A stretch of 64,000 nucleotides of DNA from the NCBI GenBank assembly GCA_038087875.1, contig CM075996.1:8558001-8622000 (forward strand), read 5' to 3'. Below, piece by piece: positions 36,151 through 49,929 of this stretch (position 1 is its first letter; the number at the start of each line of letters is the position of its first letter). Under the pieces are notes generated by a model that saw only the letters and a list, made by a program, of their open reading frames with translations, made no database searches and was not told the origin of the DNA. This DNA comes from Malacoraja senta. Taxonomy: Eukaryota. The position numbers and the translations under genes are program-made.

Positions 36151-37592
36151 CTGGGCAGGAGGGAAGAGAAGGCATGAATGGTAACAGCCACCCCATCCCC
36201 GACAACACTTGGCAACCCTCAGTACATTCTCAAGTCAACTTTATTTATCACATACACATACAAGATGTACAGTGAGATGAAAGTGGCAATGCCTGCGGGA
36301 TTGTGCAAAACAGCAGAACAGCACAGAACCAGTATTTACATTAAAAAAGACACAACAGCATTTACGCCCTGGTGAGATCAGAGTTTACAGTCCTGTTGGC
36401 CTGGGAAGAAACTCCGTCTCAGCCTCTCTGTTTTTGCTGCGTGACTGCGGAAACGCTTGCCTGACCGCAGCAGCTAACCTCCATTACAGATATTATACAT
36501 CCGCAGTCCCTCAATTACCCCTCCCTCACCACCCACCCAGAAACCACCACCTCAATGTTTCATCCACATGCATTACCCCAAGCCATGATCCCCACCCACC
36601 CTCGCCACCCCATGTACAATCCCCACCCACTCTCACTCCCCCAATGGACAATCCCCACCCAGCCTCAACGCTGCAAAGCATCAAGCCCATCCACCCTCAC
36701 CACCCATGTACGATCTCCATCCGTCCTCACCACCCTTGCACTTTTCCCACCCACCTACCCTCACCACCTCAACACACAATGCCCATCCATCCTCACCATC
36801 CCTATACACAATCCCCACCCACCCTACCACCCAAACCCTTGATCTCCACTCACCCCCCACTCCCCCATGCACCTCGCCCAATGTACAAGCCCAACACACA
36901 ATGCCCACTGACCCTCACCCACCTTCACCACCTCAATGCACTTTCCCCACCCACACCATGCCAACGCATAATCTCGACCCACCCTCTTACCTATAATCTC
37001 CCTCATCATCCTAAGGCACGACCCCCTCACCCTAACCATATTCCCCCTCCAGAGTCGCTACCCCTATAGCCTTGTCTCCTGCTCACTGTACACCCATCCA
37101 CCTCCCGACTGGCCAACATCTATCTAACCATCCTACAGTACACTTTTCTCACCCTTACTCATTTTCCCCATGAACTCCCCACTCCAAACCTCCAGCAGAG
37201 TATTCTCCCCACCATCATTCCCACCCACACATATAACATCCATCACCACATTGTGTGAGATGGAGGGGAAGAGGGGTGGGGGTGGGGGGGGGGGGAGTGG
37301 ATACTGGGCAGCATGTTGGTGCAACAGTTAGTGTGACTGCTTCATAGTTCCAGGGACTTGGGTTTCATCAGGTCAGTTCCTTCCCACACATTCTGTTCCG
37401 GGTCTCAGTGAGGTGTGTGGGCTTCCCCTGGGTGCTCCAGTTTCTTCCAACCAGAGCACCTGGATGAAACCCACGCAGTCACAGGGAGAACATGTAAACT
37501 CCACACAGACAATGTCCGAGGTCAGGATTGAACCCGGATCTCTGGAGCTGTGAGGCAGCAGCTCCACCAGCCGCGCTAACAGATGTACTTAC

Positions 37593-37724
37593 ACTCGTCG
37601 AACCGGTCAATTTCTGGCTTCTCTTCTTCCTCCTTTTTGGGTTTTTGTTTCGTGTCTGGCGTTGGACCGTCCTTCCCAGTTGCCATGATGTTTTGCAGCC
37701 GCTGCTTTTCCCTCTCCAAGTTTC
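37593..37724 (-). CDS. C22orf23: C22orf23 exon 4: (R)NLEREKQRLQNIMATGKD...PEIDRFDE
   Basis: cttcag acceptor, gtaagt donor; 132 nt. Confidence 0.92.
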
Positions 37725-38772
37725 CTGAAGTGTAACCATACATTGTCATGGTGAACAAGTGAGAGAATGAGCACAAGGACGAGGTAGAATAGACAACAGA
37801 CAATTGGTGCAGGAGTAGGCCATTCGGCCCTTCAAGCCAGCACCGTCATTCAATGTCCCCATATCCCCTGACTCCGCTATCTTTAAGAGCACTATCTAGC
37901 TCTCTCTTGAAAGTATCCAGAGAACTGGCCTCCACCGCCCTCACTTGCCTCATGAGAGGAATAGACCATGTAAATGCAGACTCTTTTGCCCAGAGTAGGG
38001 GAATCAAGAACCAGAGGGCATAGGAATAAGGTGAGGAAGGAAACTTTTAATAGGAACTTATGGGATAACCTTTTTTTACATAAAGGGTGGTGAGTGTATG
38101 GAACGAGCTGTCAGAGGAGGTAGTTGAGGCAAGTACTGTTGCAATGTTTAAGAAACATTTAGACAGATACATGGATAGGACAGGTTTAGAGGCAGAGAAT
38201 TCCACAGACTCACCACTCTCTATGAGAAAAAGTGTTTCCTCGTCTCCGTTCTAAATGGCTTACCCCTTATTCTTAAACTGTGGCCCCTGGTTCTGGACTC
38301 CCCCAAAACATTAGTAAGTTGTAATTAGTAAGTTTGCAAATAGCTTGAAAATTGGCAGTGATATTGATAGTCAAGAGGATAGTCATAGCCTACAAGAAGA
38401 TATAGATCAGTTGGTATATCGGGTAGAGCAATGACAGATGGAACTTAACCCTGATAAATGTGAGGTAATGGCATTACTTTACAAACTGTCTTAAGAATTC
38501 TTATGTATAAATTTATTTGCCGGATTAATGACTCTGAAAATGAAATCATCTTGGTCTTATCAAACATAAGGTTTAGCTCTACACGCTACCAATCCTAGCT
38601 GTGGAGACATTGGTATAGTTGTCTCGTTGTAGGACACTGATTTTTTTTATTCTTGATCTTCAACCATGTATTGTGCTCTTATATGTAATTTATTGTGCTT
38701 CTGTTTGCAATTCATTCCATGTAATATCTTGTCTTTTATCTGGACCTTGAGTCTGTAATAAAAAGTAAGTAA

Positions 38773-39079
38773 AGCCCCTGTCCCACTTATGTGTCCTTAG
38801 CACGCTAATTACGCAATCTCGTCGTCGCGTTGAGGCGCACGGGTATCGTGTGGTCCGTGCGGGACGGTGGCATGGAGAAGCGCGGAGGGGAATGGAGTTG
38901 TGCACGGTATCGCGCGGCGCTCCGGGATTTTGTAGGGAAACAAAATCTTCGCGTGCCTCTGGCATGACGTAGCGCGTACGCGCGCAGGCGTATTGCGGTC
39001 CCACGATACCCGTGTGCCTCAAAGCGACGACGAGGTCGCGTAATTAGCGTGCCAAGGACACGTAAGTGGGACAGGGGCT
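38773..39079. mobile_element. Harbinger-type MITE
   Basis: TIR AGCCCCTGTCCCACTTA...; perfect TAA TSD; long inverted arms. Confidence 0.88.
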
Positions 39080-41177
39080 TAAGTATTTGGCAAGCCTATA
39101 ATGGGTAGGTCCTATACAATGAATGATAAGGCCACAGGAGGTATCGGGGAACAGTGTGACCTCAGTGTATATGTCCAAGTAACAGTGTGGTGAAGAATGC
39201 ATAGTGGTATAGAGTTGTACACAATCATGAGAGGAATAGACCATGTAAATGCAGAGTCTTTTGCCCAGAGTAGGGGAATCAAGAACCAGAGGGCATAGGA
39301 ATAAGGTGAGGAAGGAAACTTTTAATAGGAACTTATGGGGTAACCTTTTTTTACATAAAGGGTGGTGGGTGTATGGAACGAGCTGCCAGAGGAGGTAGTT
39401 GAGGCAAGTACTGTTGCAATGTTTAAGAAACATTTAGACAGGTGCATGGATAGGACAGGTTTAGAGGGGTATGGGCCAAGCGCAGGAAGGTGGGTCGGGT
39501 GTAGATGGGGCATGTTGGTTGGCGTGGGCAAGTTGGGCTAAAGGGCCTGTTTCCACACAGTATCACTATGACTCTATGAGGCATATGATAAATTTGCTTT
39601 CGATAGTCGAGGTACAGAATATAAGAGCTGGGGATAATGGTAAAACTTCATAAAATAATCACATCTGGTGCATTGCAAACATTTTTGGTTGCTGTGCTAG
39701 AGGAAGGATGTGATTGAACTGGTGAGGATGCAGAGGAGACTGATCAGGATGTTGCATTTCTGATTTGAGGAGAGAATGGATAGATAAGAAATATTTGTAT
39801 CACAAAAGCGCTGGGTAATTCCCATTTACTCTAGGAGAGAGTATAACTACTTATCCTTGACACCCAGAGGTATTAGTGTAGCTGAGCTTCTCACTTCAGC
39901 AGCCTGGAGACCACCAATGGCCAGAAATACAACGGAAGCAGCAACATATATTGTGCCTACAAGAGTGGGTCAGAGGCTGGTTATCCAGTGGTGGATGTGC
40001 CATCTCCTGACATCCCCAAGCCTCTCCAAGATGCAAGTTATGAGCCATCTTCTGGATCTGCGGCAGTCCTTTTGATGGAGATACTCCCACAAAGCTGCTA
40101 GGTGCGGCGTTCCTGGCCTTAGATCTAGTAACACGAAGGGACAGAGATGGCGGTGTTCCTTTGTACCTGCTGCTCTTATTCACAAGTTAACTTTATGATG
40201 CACTTCCTTGTACGAATGCAGCTCAAAAAACATTCAGGATGAAGCAGCCCACCTGGCTGGCACCCATGTACTACCATGTGCTGCTATGCTTCCACTCCCC
40301 CCACCACCAGCACTCGGTAACTGCAGTGTGCACTATCTACAAACTACACTGAGGTTTACTTGTCTAGACTGCGTTGACGTATCTTGAAGATCTCTGCCTG
40401 TCTCTGAAGATCTGTCCTAGGCCCAGCACATTGATGCAATCATAAGGAAAGCCCAGATCCTGAGGAGATTTGGGATGTTGACAAACTCTTTTGAACTTCT
40501 ACAGGTGTACGGTAGAGAACTAGTGACTGGTTGCATTAGGATCTGGTTCGGCAATTTATATCCCAGGAACGACTGAGATTGCAGAGAGAAGACATTGCCC
40601 ACCTCCTCATCATAGGTACTGACCTCCTGAAGGGATCTATAGGTGGTGCTGCCTCAAAAAGACCCCCAGTTTCATCAAAGACCCACATCACCCTAGCTAT
40701 GCTCTCATTTTACTAGTACCATTGAAAAAGTAGGTACAGGACTTTGAAAACCGTGACCACCAGGATCAAGAATAGCTCCTTCCCAACAGCCATCAGACTT
40801 TGAACACCGCACAACACCAGGCTCAACTATGTACTTCTATGGAGTGTCTTTGGTCCACTAAGAACTTCGGTTTTTTCAAGTAGTATTAAGGTTATTAATG
40901 TAAAGAATATTTTTGGTTCAGATTAGTTTAATGTAGTTTAGTTAATTATTGTCACATGTACAATGAGAAGCTTTTTGTTGCATGCTACGCAGTCAGCGAT
41001 CAAGCCATCCACAGTGCACAGATACAGGATGAAGGGTACAACGTTTAGTGCAAGATAAACTCCAGTAAAGTCCGATTAAAGATAGTTCGTAGGTCTCTAG
41101 TTGGCAGGTCAAACTGGACTCGAGTTGATGAAGAAACTGCCCCTGAATCTGGAGATATGCATTTCAGGGACAGTTAA

Positions 41178-41685
41178 ACATAGACATAGAAATTAGGTGC
41201 AGGAGTAGGCCATTCGGCCCTTCGAGCCTGCACCGCCATTCAATATGATCATGGCTGATCATCCAACTCAGTATCCCGTACCTGCCTTCTCTCCATACCC
41301 TCTGATCCCTTTAGCCACAAGGGCCACATCTAACTCCCTCTTAAAATAGCCAATGAACTGGCCTCGACTACCCTCTGTGGCAGAGAGTTCCAGAGATTCA
41401 CCACTCTCTGTGTGAAAAAAGTTATTCTCATCTCGGTTTTAAAGGATTTCCCCCTTATCCTTAAGCTGTGACCCCTTGTCCTGGACTTCCCCAACATCGG
41501 GAGCAATCTTCCTGCATCTAGCCTGTCCAACCCCTTAAGAATTTTGTAAGTTTCTATAAGATCCCCTCTCAATCTCCTAAATTCTAGAGAGTATAAACCA
41601 AGTCTATCCAGTCTTTCTTCATAAGACAGTCCTGACATCCCAGGAATCAGTCTGGTGAACCTTCTCTGCACTCCCTCTATGGCAA
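41178..41685 (-). mobile_element. CR1-type LINE 3' end (representative)
   Basis: GVQRRFTRLIPGMSGLSYEERLDRLGLYSLEFRRLRGDLIETYKIL. Similar pieces at ~6690-7460, ~12147-12570, ~53290-53770, ~55697-56070, ~60530-60880 and ~62680-63005. Confidence 0.88.
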
Positions 41686-44600
41686 TATTGTATATTATGT
41701 GTGTGTGTAATCTGATTGCATTTACAGCCCTGTTATGCTGCCCCAAGTAAGAATGTCATTGTTCTGTTGTCGGTACGTATGATAACACTCCTGACTCTTG
41801 GCCTCCCAAAGCTGCAATCTCAGGCACAGGGATGGACAAGAGCATCAGATACAGGAGAACACTGCCACCTGCAGGTACCCCACAGATACTGGTCAAAGAT
41901 AGGCACAATGGCTACATTTCACACCCACCATCCTCACCTTTGGACACTGTGTGTGTAGGGCTGAAGATGTCCTGGTTGGGTTACTCCGAGGCCTGGCCAA
42001 GCTGGCTATCCTCGAGTCACGGCGCCAGGTGGGAAAGGGCTCTGCCCGAGCCGGATGCCTGCCCCTTTTCCGGGGTTAAGTCCGCGCCCGGGTGGTACAA
42101 CGCACTGTCCACGGGCACCCTGGGGGATTTCCGGGACCACTGGGGGGTGGAATGTTTCCTTGACAAGGCTTGTAACATAGTTGTTTAGGAATATTTGTTT
42201 TACTTGTATTATGGTGATGGGTTTGTTTGTATTATTTACTATTGTTTAGTTTAGTATTGTACATATTATTGTAATAATTGAATAAATCTATTTTTGGTAA
42301 AAAAAAAAGATAAGACACAAAATGCTGGAGTAACTCAGCGAGACAGGCAGCATCACTGGAGAGAAGGAATGGGTGACATCTTGGGTCAAGACCCTTCTTC
42401 AGACTTCTGGGCAGAGGGAGCCAGAGATAAGAAAGGGTAAGGTACGAAAATGAGAAATCAAAGGGGACAATGGTCAAGGAAATGGTCGAATGGATCATTG
42501 TTAACTGAGGGGACCTTCATCTTTGCTGCCTCTGCATTCTGATAGTTTCTGCTGTGCAGCTCATTTCCGAGCTTAGTCCCAAATTTGCTGGCAATTTCAC
42601 AAAGATGAATTTACCAAAATGCTTTGAACGAGGGTCCTTATCAAATATTTTCTGGATATTATTGCAAATAACATCTATAGACATTCCCTATCCTCACTTA
42701 ACTTACCTCCAAAAAATCATTGAGATTCACCAGCTGCGACCCACCCTTTGCAAATCTACACTGACTCTCTCTGATCAACGAAAAAGCTTCAAGGTGTTCA
42801 GTGAGACTAAGATTGATTTTAAACGTGCAGTTTCCCAATAACAGATATTAAGCATGGTAGACACAAAATGCAGCAGTGGGACAGGCAGCATCTCTGGAGA
42901 GAAGGAATGAGTCCCCGGAAGGGTCTCAACCCGAAATGTCACCTATTCCTTCTCTCCAGAGATGCTGCCTGTCCCGCTGAGTTACTCCAGCATTTTGTGT
43001 CTACCTTCGATTTAAACCAGCATCTGCAGTTCTTTCCTACCTATAATTCCCTTAACACTCTTTTCAAATTTCTATAATTATTGACATTCACAATTTTCCT
43101 ATCTGAAACAGATCACCCCAAAATCCAAAAAATGTAGGAAAATTATAATTAATGTATTAGTAGTATTTATACCCATTTTCCTTTAAATTTTAAATGGAAT
43201 CTGCTGGTCGTGGGATTTGCCTTTAATGCTGTTATTTTCCACACTGTGTTATTTGGTGTTTAGCACTGGTATGCCTCCGACCTTTATTCAATGTCAGTGT
43301 GCTCAGTTTTCTTCTTCTGCTGCTGTAAACATCATTGCAGACTGAAGGAGCAAGGGGAAGGAAGAGAAAGAGAGAGACAGGGAGAAGGAAAAAGGGAGAT
43401 TCAGCATTTCAATGAATTTCACTGGAGTAGGCTCACCAATGTGAAAGTTTGGTGCGTTGAAAACAGGTTTCAATTTGATGTGACACCTTTATCTGCTGCA
43501 GCACATTGCTGTGTGCAAGTGCTATGTTTTCATTTTCTGGAATCCAGTGAGCTCATTCCGCCAAGGTCTATCGGATCTTCCGGTTGTGAACTATTTTAAA
43601 CTCTCCTTCCCATTCCCGTACTGACCTTTCTGTCCTGGGTCTCCTCCATTGCTAGAGTGAGGAAACTGCAGGAACAGCAATTCATATTCCGTTTGGATAG
43701 CTTAAATCCCAATGGTATGAATGTTGAACTCTCCAACTTTAGATAACCTCTAACCCTGCCATCCCTTTCAGCCCCCCACACACCCCTTTCTTCCTCCACC
43801 TCGACTTGCATCTATTTCTCCACTCCCCCCTATATTCCTTCCTCTAGCTTCACAATTTGCAACTCTTCAATCCTTTTGTTTCACACTTTTTTTTAAATCT
43901 CTGGCCTTTGTCCAACCATCTGCCCTTCCAATACCCCCCCCCCTTCTACCTTGACTGTGTTTACCTATTACCTTCCACACTTGGCCTTCCCCTCTACTTT
44001 TCTAGCTGTCTTCTTCCCTCTACAAACAGCCTGAAGAAGGGTCCCGACCCAAATAGTTATCTATCCATGTTCTTCAGGGGGGCAGCGGTAGAGTTGCCGC
44101 CCTATACGCACCAGAGACCCAGGTTCGATCCTGGCTATGGGTGCTGTAGGTATGGAGTTTGTACGTTCTCCCTGACACCTCATAGTTTTCTCCGGATGCG
44201 CCGGTTTCCTCCCACACTCCAAAGACGTGTAGGTTTGTACATTAACTGGTTTGGAAAAAAATGTGTAAATTGTCCCTAGTGTGCAGGATAGTGCTAGTAC
44301 ACAGGGTGATCACTGGTCGGTGTGGACTGTGGGCCGAAGGGCCTGTTTCCATGCTGTCTCTCTAAAGTCAAAAGTCCAGGGATGTTGCCTGACCCGCAGG
44401 GTTACTCTGGCACTTTGTGCCTTCGTTATTTCCAAAAATTTTGATCAGCCTAGGGGGTTGAGGACAGGAGCACAAGAGTATGTGAAACAGGGGTTGATTT
44501 TGGCTGATTTTTTATGTTAGCCAAGAGCGCCATCACCAGGAAGGTCAAATTCTGTCACTGCAAAGATCCGGACAATACAGTCACAGCTCTGAGGAAAAGC

Positions 44601-45551
44601 AGTGTCTGAAGCCCAGGCTTTGGACAAATGTTGAATATTTCAGCAAAGGCCTGAAAAGGGTGCAATTTACAAATGGATACATTTTAAATCAGTAATTTTT
44701 GAAAGAATTTATCATTTAAGGTTTTAAAATGTGTTTAAAATTTTATTCTGGGCCTCAAATTTTTCTATACCTAAAGAAGAATTGGTTAATAACAATATTT
44801 TCTAAAAGCATTTGTGGGAAATTCTTAGCGGCTCTCTATCTTAGCATAGCTTGATTATTATTTGTTTTAGGAAGCATGCATGGAAAGAGGATGTTTTAAA
44901 AAGTGCTGAAAGTGGGAAGCAGATTCTATGGTTATGTTGAAAGTGCTATGGTAGAGATGATGAAGTTGAATAAACTTGTTCAAAATTGTTTTTGAAGATA
45001 AATTACAAAATTCTTGCTCATAGAGATACAGCACAGAAACACGCCCTTCGGTTCAACTTGCCCATGCCGACCAAGATGCCCCATCTATGCTAGTCCCATC
45101 TACCTGTGTTTGGCCCATATTCCTCTAAAACTTTCCTATTCATGCACCTATCCAACTATCTTTTAACTGTTGTTATAGTACCCGCCTTATGTCTTTGGAC
45201 TTTACTTTACACTTTAGTTCAGAGATACATCACGGAAACAGGCCCTTCAGCCCACCAAGTCCGCACCAACCAGCGATCACCCTGTACACTTACACTATCC
45301 TACAAACTGGGAACAATTTTACTAATGCCAATTACCTGGTTCCTTTATCATCATCACTTTTTTGCATATCTTTCATTCATTTGTTCTATATCTCTCTACC
45401 TTTCACTTTCCCTGACTAGTCTGCAGAAGGCTCTTGACCCGAAACGTTACCCATTCCTTCTCTCCAGAGATGCTGCCCGTCCCGCTGAGTTACTCCAGCA
45501 TTTTGTGTCTGCCTACAAACCTATACGTCTTGAATGTATCTGATCACCTAC

Positions 45552-45731
45552 TTGTTGGTCGAGGCCGAAATCTTTCCCGCTGGTATGCATCACCAGCACG
45601 GCAGCTTTCTGCAGGGCGTAGTTGTGGCTTGGTGGGTAGCTGGACTCGGACAGGGGTGGCTGGTGGCAGTGGAGTGGAGTCTAAAACCAGGCTAGAAGTG
45701 GGATTGCAACTCACAGGTAAAGAATCACCCT
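45552..45731 (-). CDS. C22orf23: C22orf23 exon 3: GDSLPVSCNPTSS...KPQLRPAESCRAGDAYQRERFRPRPT
   Basis: tttacag acceptor, gtaggt donor; 180 nt, open, phase 1/1. Confidence 0.9.
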
Positions 45732-46854
45732 CTGTAAATAAAACGGAAATAGGAAGACAGTAAACACAGTCTTTAGCAAGACTTTCAACAAAGAAGAGGA
45801 CAGATTAAAACAGCACAGGAGACCATTTGGCCCATCATTCCTCTACTTGTTATGTGAAAGAGCTATCTTGTCAGTCAAGTTTATCTGTTTTTCCTCAAAG
45901 ACTGACAATTTTCTCTCCTCATATAATTTCATACAGCATAGAACCGTACAGCATGGTAACAGGCTCTTTGGCCCACAATGTTTGTGCTGAACAATTAATT
46001 TTGTAAATTAACAGATTATAACAATAACCTGTGTAGAAGTAGTTCTCATCTAATGCTCTACATTCAATTATCTAAATACACATCTTCTGGTTTATTACCC
46101 TTCCTACTTGGAAATAGTTGCTAATTATCCTCCTGAAATCCTTCAAGATCTTGAATAACTTTCTCTAATCTGAGGGGCATCAACTTGGTTTCTCAATGTT
46201 TGTCTACTTATTTTTTTATCCTAGTTATCATTTCAGAAAACCTTTATATTCTCAGTAATCCTTGCCATTCTTCCTAATGTGTGGTGCCCAGGACTGAAGA
46301 CGCCACACAACTTTGTTAGTTTTCTCTGCCTTCATTTACACATTTTGAACAATAGTTTCTTGTACATAACAACCTCCAGCCACCTTGCCTGTTCTTGCAC
46401 TCCCTTTAAAGATGTACTAATCAGTTTATATTCCTTACGTCATTCTTTCTATAAAAATTTATCACTGTTAATTAAAAAAATTAGTCTGCGTTGCATGAAG
46501 AAGGCAAAGCGAAGAATGAAACAGCTTTACCACTTTGCATGTTGAGTCAGCATCAGATATTTCTAGAGGGAGACAAAAATGCTGGAGAAACTCAGCGGCT
46601 GAGGCAGCGTCTATGGAGCGAAGGAAAAAGGCACCGTTTCGGGTCGAGACCCTTCTTCAGAGGATAGGTTTAATAAAGAATGAAGCTCCATTTACCTTGT
46701 TCCATTAACACGGTTAGGGTAAGCCGATCGTAGCTGAGAAACAGAGTGCAACTTTTTGCACACTGTTCCATAAAAAACACTCCCAGGTCAGGTACAACAT
46801 GAGAATGCATTTACTGCTAAATACAGAGTGAGAAGCAAGAGTGAATATACTGAC

Positions 46855-46917
46855 CCTGGAGCCTCCTGTTAAGCTGCCTCAGCTGGAACATATTCAGTTT
46901 GGATTCATGCATCATCT
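46855..46917 (-). CDS. C22orf23: C22orf23 exon 2: (E)MMHESKLNMFQLRQLNRRLQ(E)
   Basis: ttgcag acceptor, gtcagt donor; 63 nt; MMxESKL motif of UPF0193. Confidence 0.9.
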
Positions 46918-47726
46918 CTGCAAGAAGACAGATGAGAAGAGTCAGGCACTAAGAGCTGAAATCCTGGACCAGCAGTAGAAGATGTACACAATATGCCTGC
47001 AGAACACCTTCGCTCAGTCCGCCTGAACCTACCTGATCTCCCGGTTGCTAAACACTTTAATTCTCCTTCCCATTCCCACATTGACCTTACTGTCCTAGAT
47101 CTCCTCCATTGTCAGAGTGAGGCTAAATGCAAATTGGAGGAACAGCATCTCATATTTAGCTGGAGCAACTTACAGCCCAGTGGTATGAAAATTGATTTCT
47201 CTAACTTCACGTAGTCCTGGCATTCCGTCTCTCTCTATCCCTCCCCCACCCAATTTGCACCAGCTTCTTGTTTTCATGCCACAAACGGCCTGTTTCCTTT
47301 ATCATCATTACTTTTTTTTGCATATCTTTAATTCATTGTTCTATATCTCTCTACATCATCTATATCTCTCATTTCCCTTATCCCCAATCAGTCTGAAGAA
47401 GGGTCTCGACCGGAAACATCACCCATTCCTTCTCTCCAGGGATGCTGCCTGTCCCGCTGAGTTACTCCAGCTTTTTGTGTCTATCTCCTGTTTAAAACTG
47501 TTCGCAGAAGTAGTTTCCAGTACATTTCCAGTACAGGAGTGTACCCAATCCAGATTTTCTGCCAGTTCATGGTTCTTGAATTCAATAAATTGTGTTGACA
47601 TTTTATTTATCCCCACTGATTTTAAACTTATGGCTGTAGGCAGCTAGTCTGTTTATTTGTGGTGTCCTCTCTTTCTGTGACTTTACTTGTACCCTATTCT
47701 CTGTTTCCTCTTTCCATTTATATTTA

Positions 47727-48308
47727 TACCTCTCTCTATTACCCTAGCTCAGTATACCTCTCTCTATTATCCTGGCTCAGTATACATCTATTACCCTGGC
47801 TCAGTATACCTCTCTCTATTTCCCTAGCTCAGTATACCTCTCTCTATTACCCTGGCTCAGTATACCTCTCTCTATTACCCTGGCTCAGTATACCTCTCTC
47901 TATTACCCTAGCTCAGTATACCTCTCTCTATTATCCTGGCTCAGTATACCTCTCTCTATTACCCTAGCTCAGTATACCTCTCTCTATTATCCTGGCTCAG
48001 TATACCTCTCTCTATTACCCTGGCTCAGTATACCTCTCTCTATTACCCTGGCTCAGTATACCTCTCTCTATTTCCCTGGCTCAGTATACCTCTCTCTATT
48101 ACCCTAGCTCAGTATACCTCTCTCTATTATCCTGGCTCAGTATACCTCTCTCTATTACCCTGGCTCAGTATACCTCTCTCTATTACCCTAGCTCAGTATA
48201 CCTCTCTCTATTACCCTGGCTCAGTATACCTCTCTCTATTACCCTGGCTCAGTATACCTCTCTCTATTACCCTAGCTCAGTATACCTCTCTCTATTATCC
48301 TGGCTCAG
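47727..48308. repeat. 28-bp minisatellite (CTCAGTATACCTCTCTCTATTACCCTGG), about 20 copies
   Basis: Highly homogeneous tandem units. Confidence 0.95.
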
Positions 48309-49929
48309 TGCTATTCTTTCTGTGCGTGTTTCACAAAGGTAGAATCAAAACAACAGTGCCTGTTCTACTTTGTTTCAAGAGGAGCTGTGCTTGATGCCAT
48401 AGCCCTACTTTACATATATAACCCTGTAAAGTTCCTCAACCACTTCTCACACTCCTGCTTAAAATTAGTAGGAAGGAACTGCAGATGCTGGTTTCTACCG
48501 AAGATAGACACAAAATGCTGGAGTAAATCAGCGGGACAGGCAGCGTCCCTGGAGAAAAGGAACAGGTGATGTTTCCGGTTGGAACCTTAGGTCGTGTCAG
48601 ACCCGTGTCTGAATAAGGGTTCCGACCTGAAACGTCACCTATTGCGTTTCTTAAGAGATGCTGCCTGACCCGCTGAGTTACTCCAGCATTTTGTGTCTAT
48701 CTCCTGTTTAAAACTGTTCGCAGTACAGTAGTTTCCAGTACAGGAGTGTACCCAATCCAGATTTTTTGCCGGTGGTTTAATGTTCATGTTTCTTGAATTC
48801 AATAAATTGTGTTACATTTTATTTATCCCCACTGATTTTAAACTTATGCTACAGTAAGGATGTCGTTATGCTTGCTATAGGAGGGATGTCATTAAGCTGG
48901 CACGAGTGCAAGAAGATTTACGAGGATATTGTGAGGACCTGAAGGCCTGAGCTATAAGAGGTTGGGCAGGCAAGGACTTTATTTGGAGCGTAGGAGACTG
49001 AGGGGTATTTTTATAGAGGTGTATAAAATCATGAGAGTGAATGCACAGTCTTTTACCCAGAGAAGGGGAATCAAGAACTAGAGGTCATAACTTTAAGATG
49101 AGAGGGGAAAATGTAATAGGAACCTGAGAAGCAACTTTTTCAAACAGGGGGTGGTGTGTGTACGTAAAAAGAGCTGCCGAGGAGGTAGTTGAGACAGGTA
49201 CAATAACAACACCACCCTGAAGTCTGAAGAAAGGTTCCATCGCGAAATGTCACCTATTCCTTTTCTCCAGTGATGCTGCCTGACCCGCTGTGTTTCTCCA
49301 GCATTTTGTGTCTATCTTTGGAATACAAGTGATGGAAACTCTGCTATAACCACGTGAAGGTCAAATGTGATAACTTTTGATTACCGTTGTCAGCTCTACA
49401 AATTACTTTAGGGAGAGTTTTTTGGCTTTAAAGTGGCCCCAATGCAGATTCACTAGAATGATACAAATTTGGAAAAAATTAGAAAGTTAGGCTGTGTAGA
49501 CTATATTTGTTTGTCATTAAATGCAGAAAAAAAGAGGCAGTCTAATTGGCAAGTCTATAATGATAGGGCATATCCTCAGAATTCAATGTGTTGGAAAGAA
49601 CTGCAGATGCTGGTTTAAATCGAAGGTAGATACAAAACGCTGGAGTAACTCAGGCCGCATCTCTGGAGAGAAGGAATGGGTGATGTTTCAGGTCGAGACC
49701 CTTCTTCAGACTCAAACTAAGTTGTTCAAGTGATGTCAAAGTGAATATGGGAAAATGAATGAATGAATGAATGAATACTTTATTGTCATTATAACATGTA
49801 AACATGTACAACGAAATTAGAAATGCCAACCAGTCAGTGCACACATTTTCTTAGAGCAAAAGTCTAAGATAAACAACTAAAATAAATAACATGAAAAAAA
49901 CACATTCTTCTGTCGATTCCCAGTCCCTT

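Noticed and set aside
47727..48308. 28-bp repeat array as a CRISPR array
   Set aside because: Units are contiguous with no spacers.
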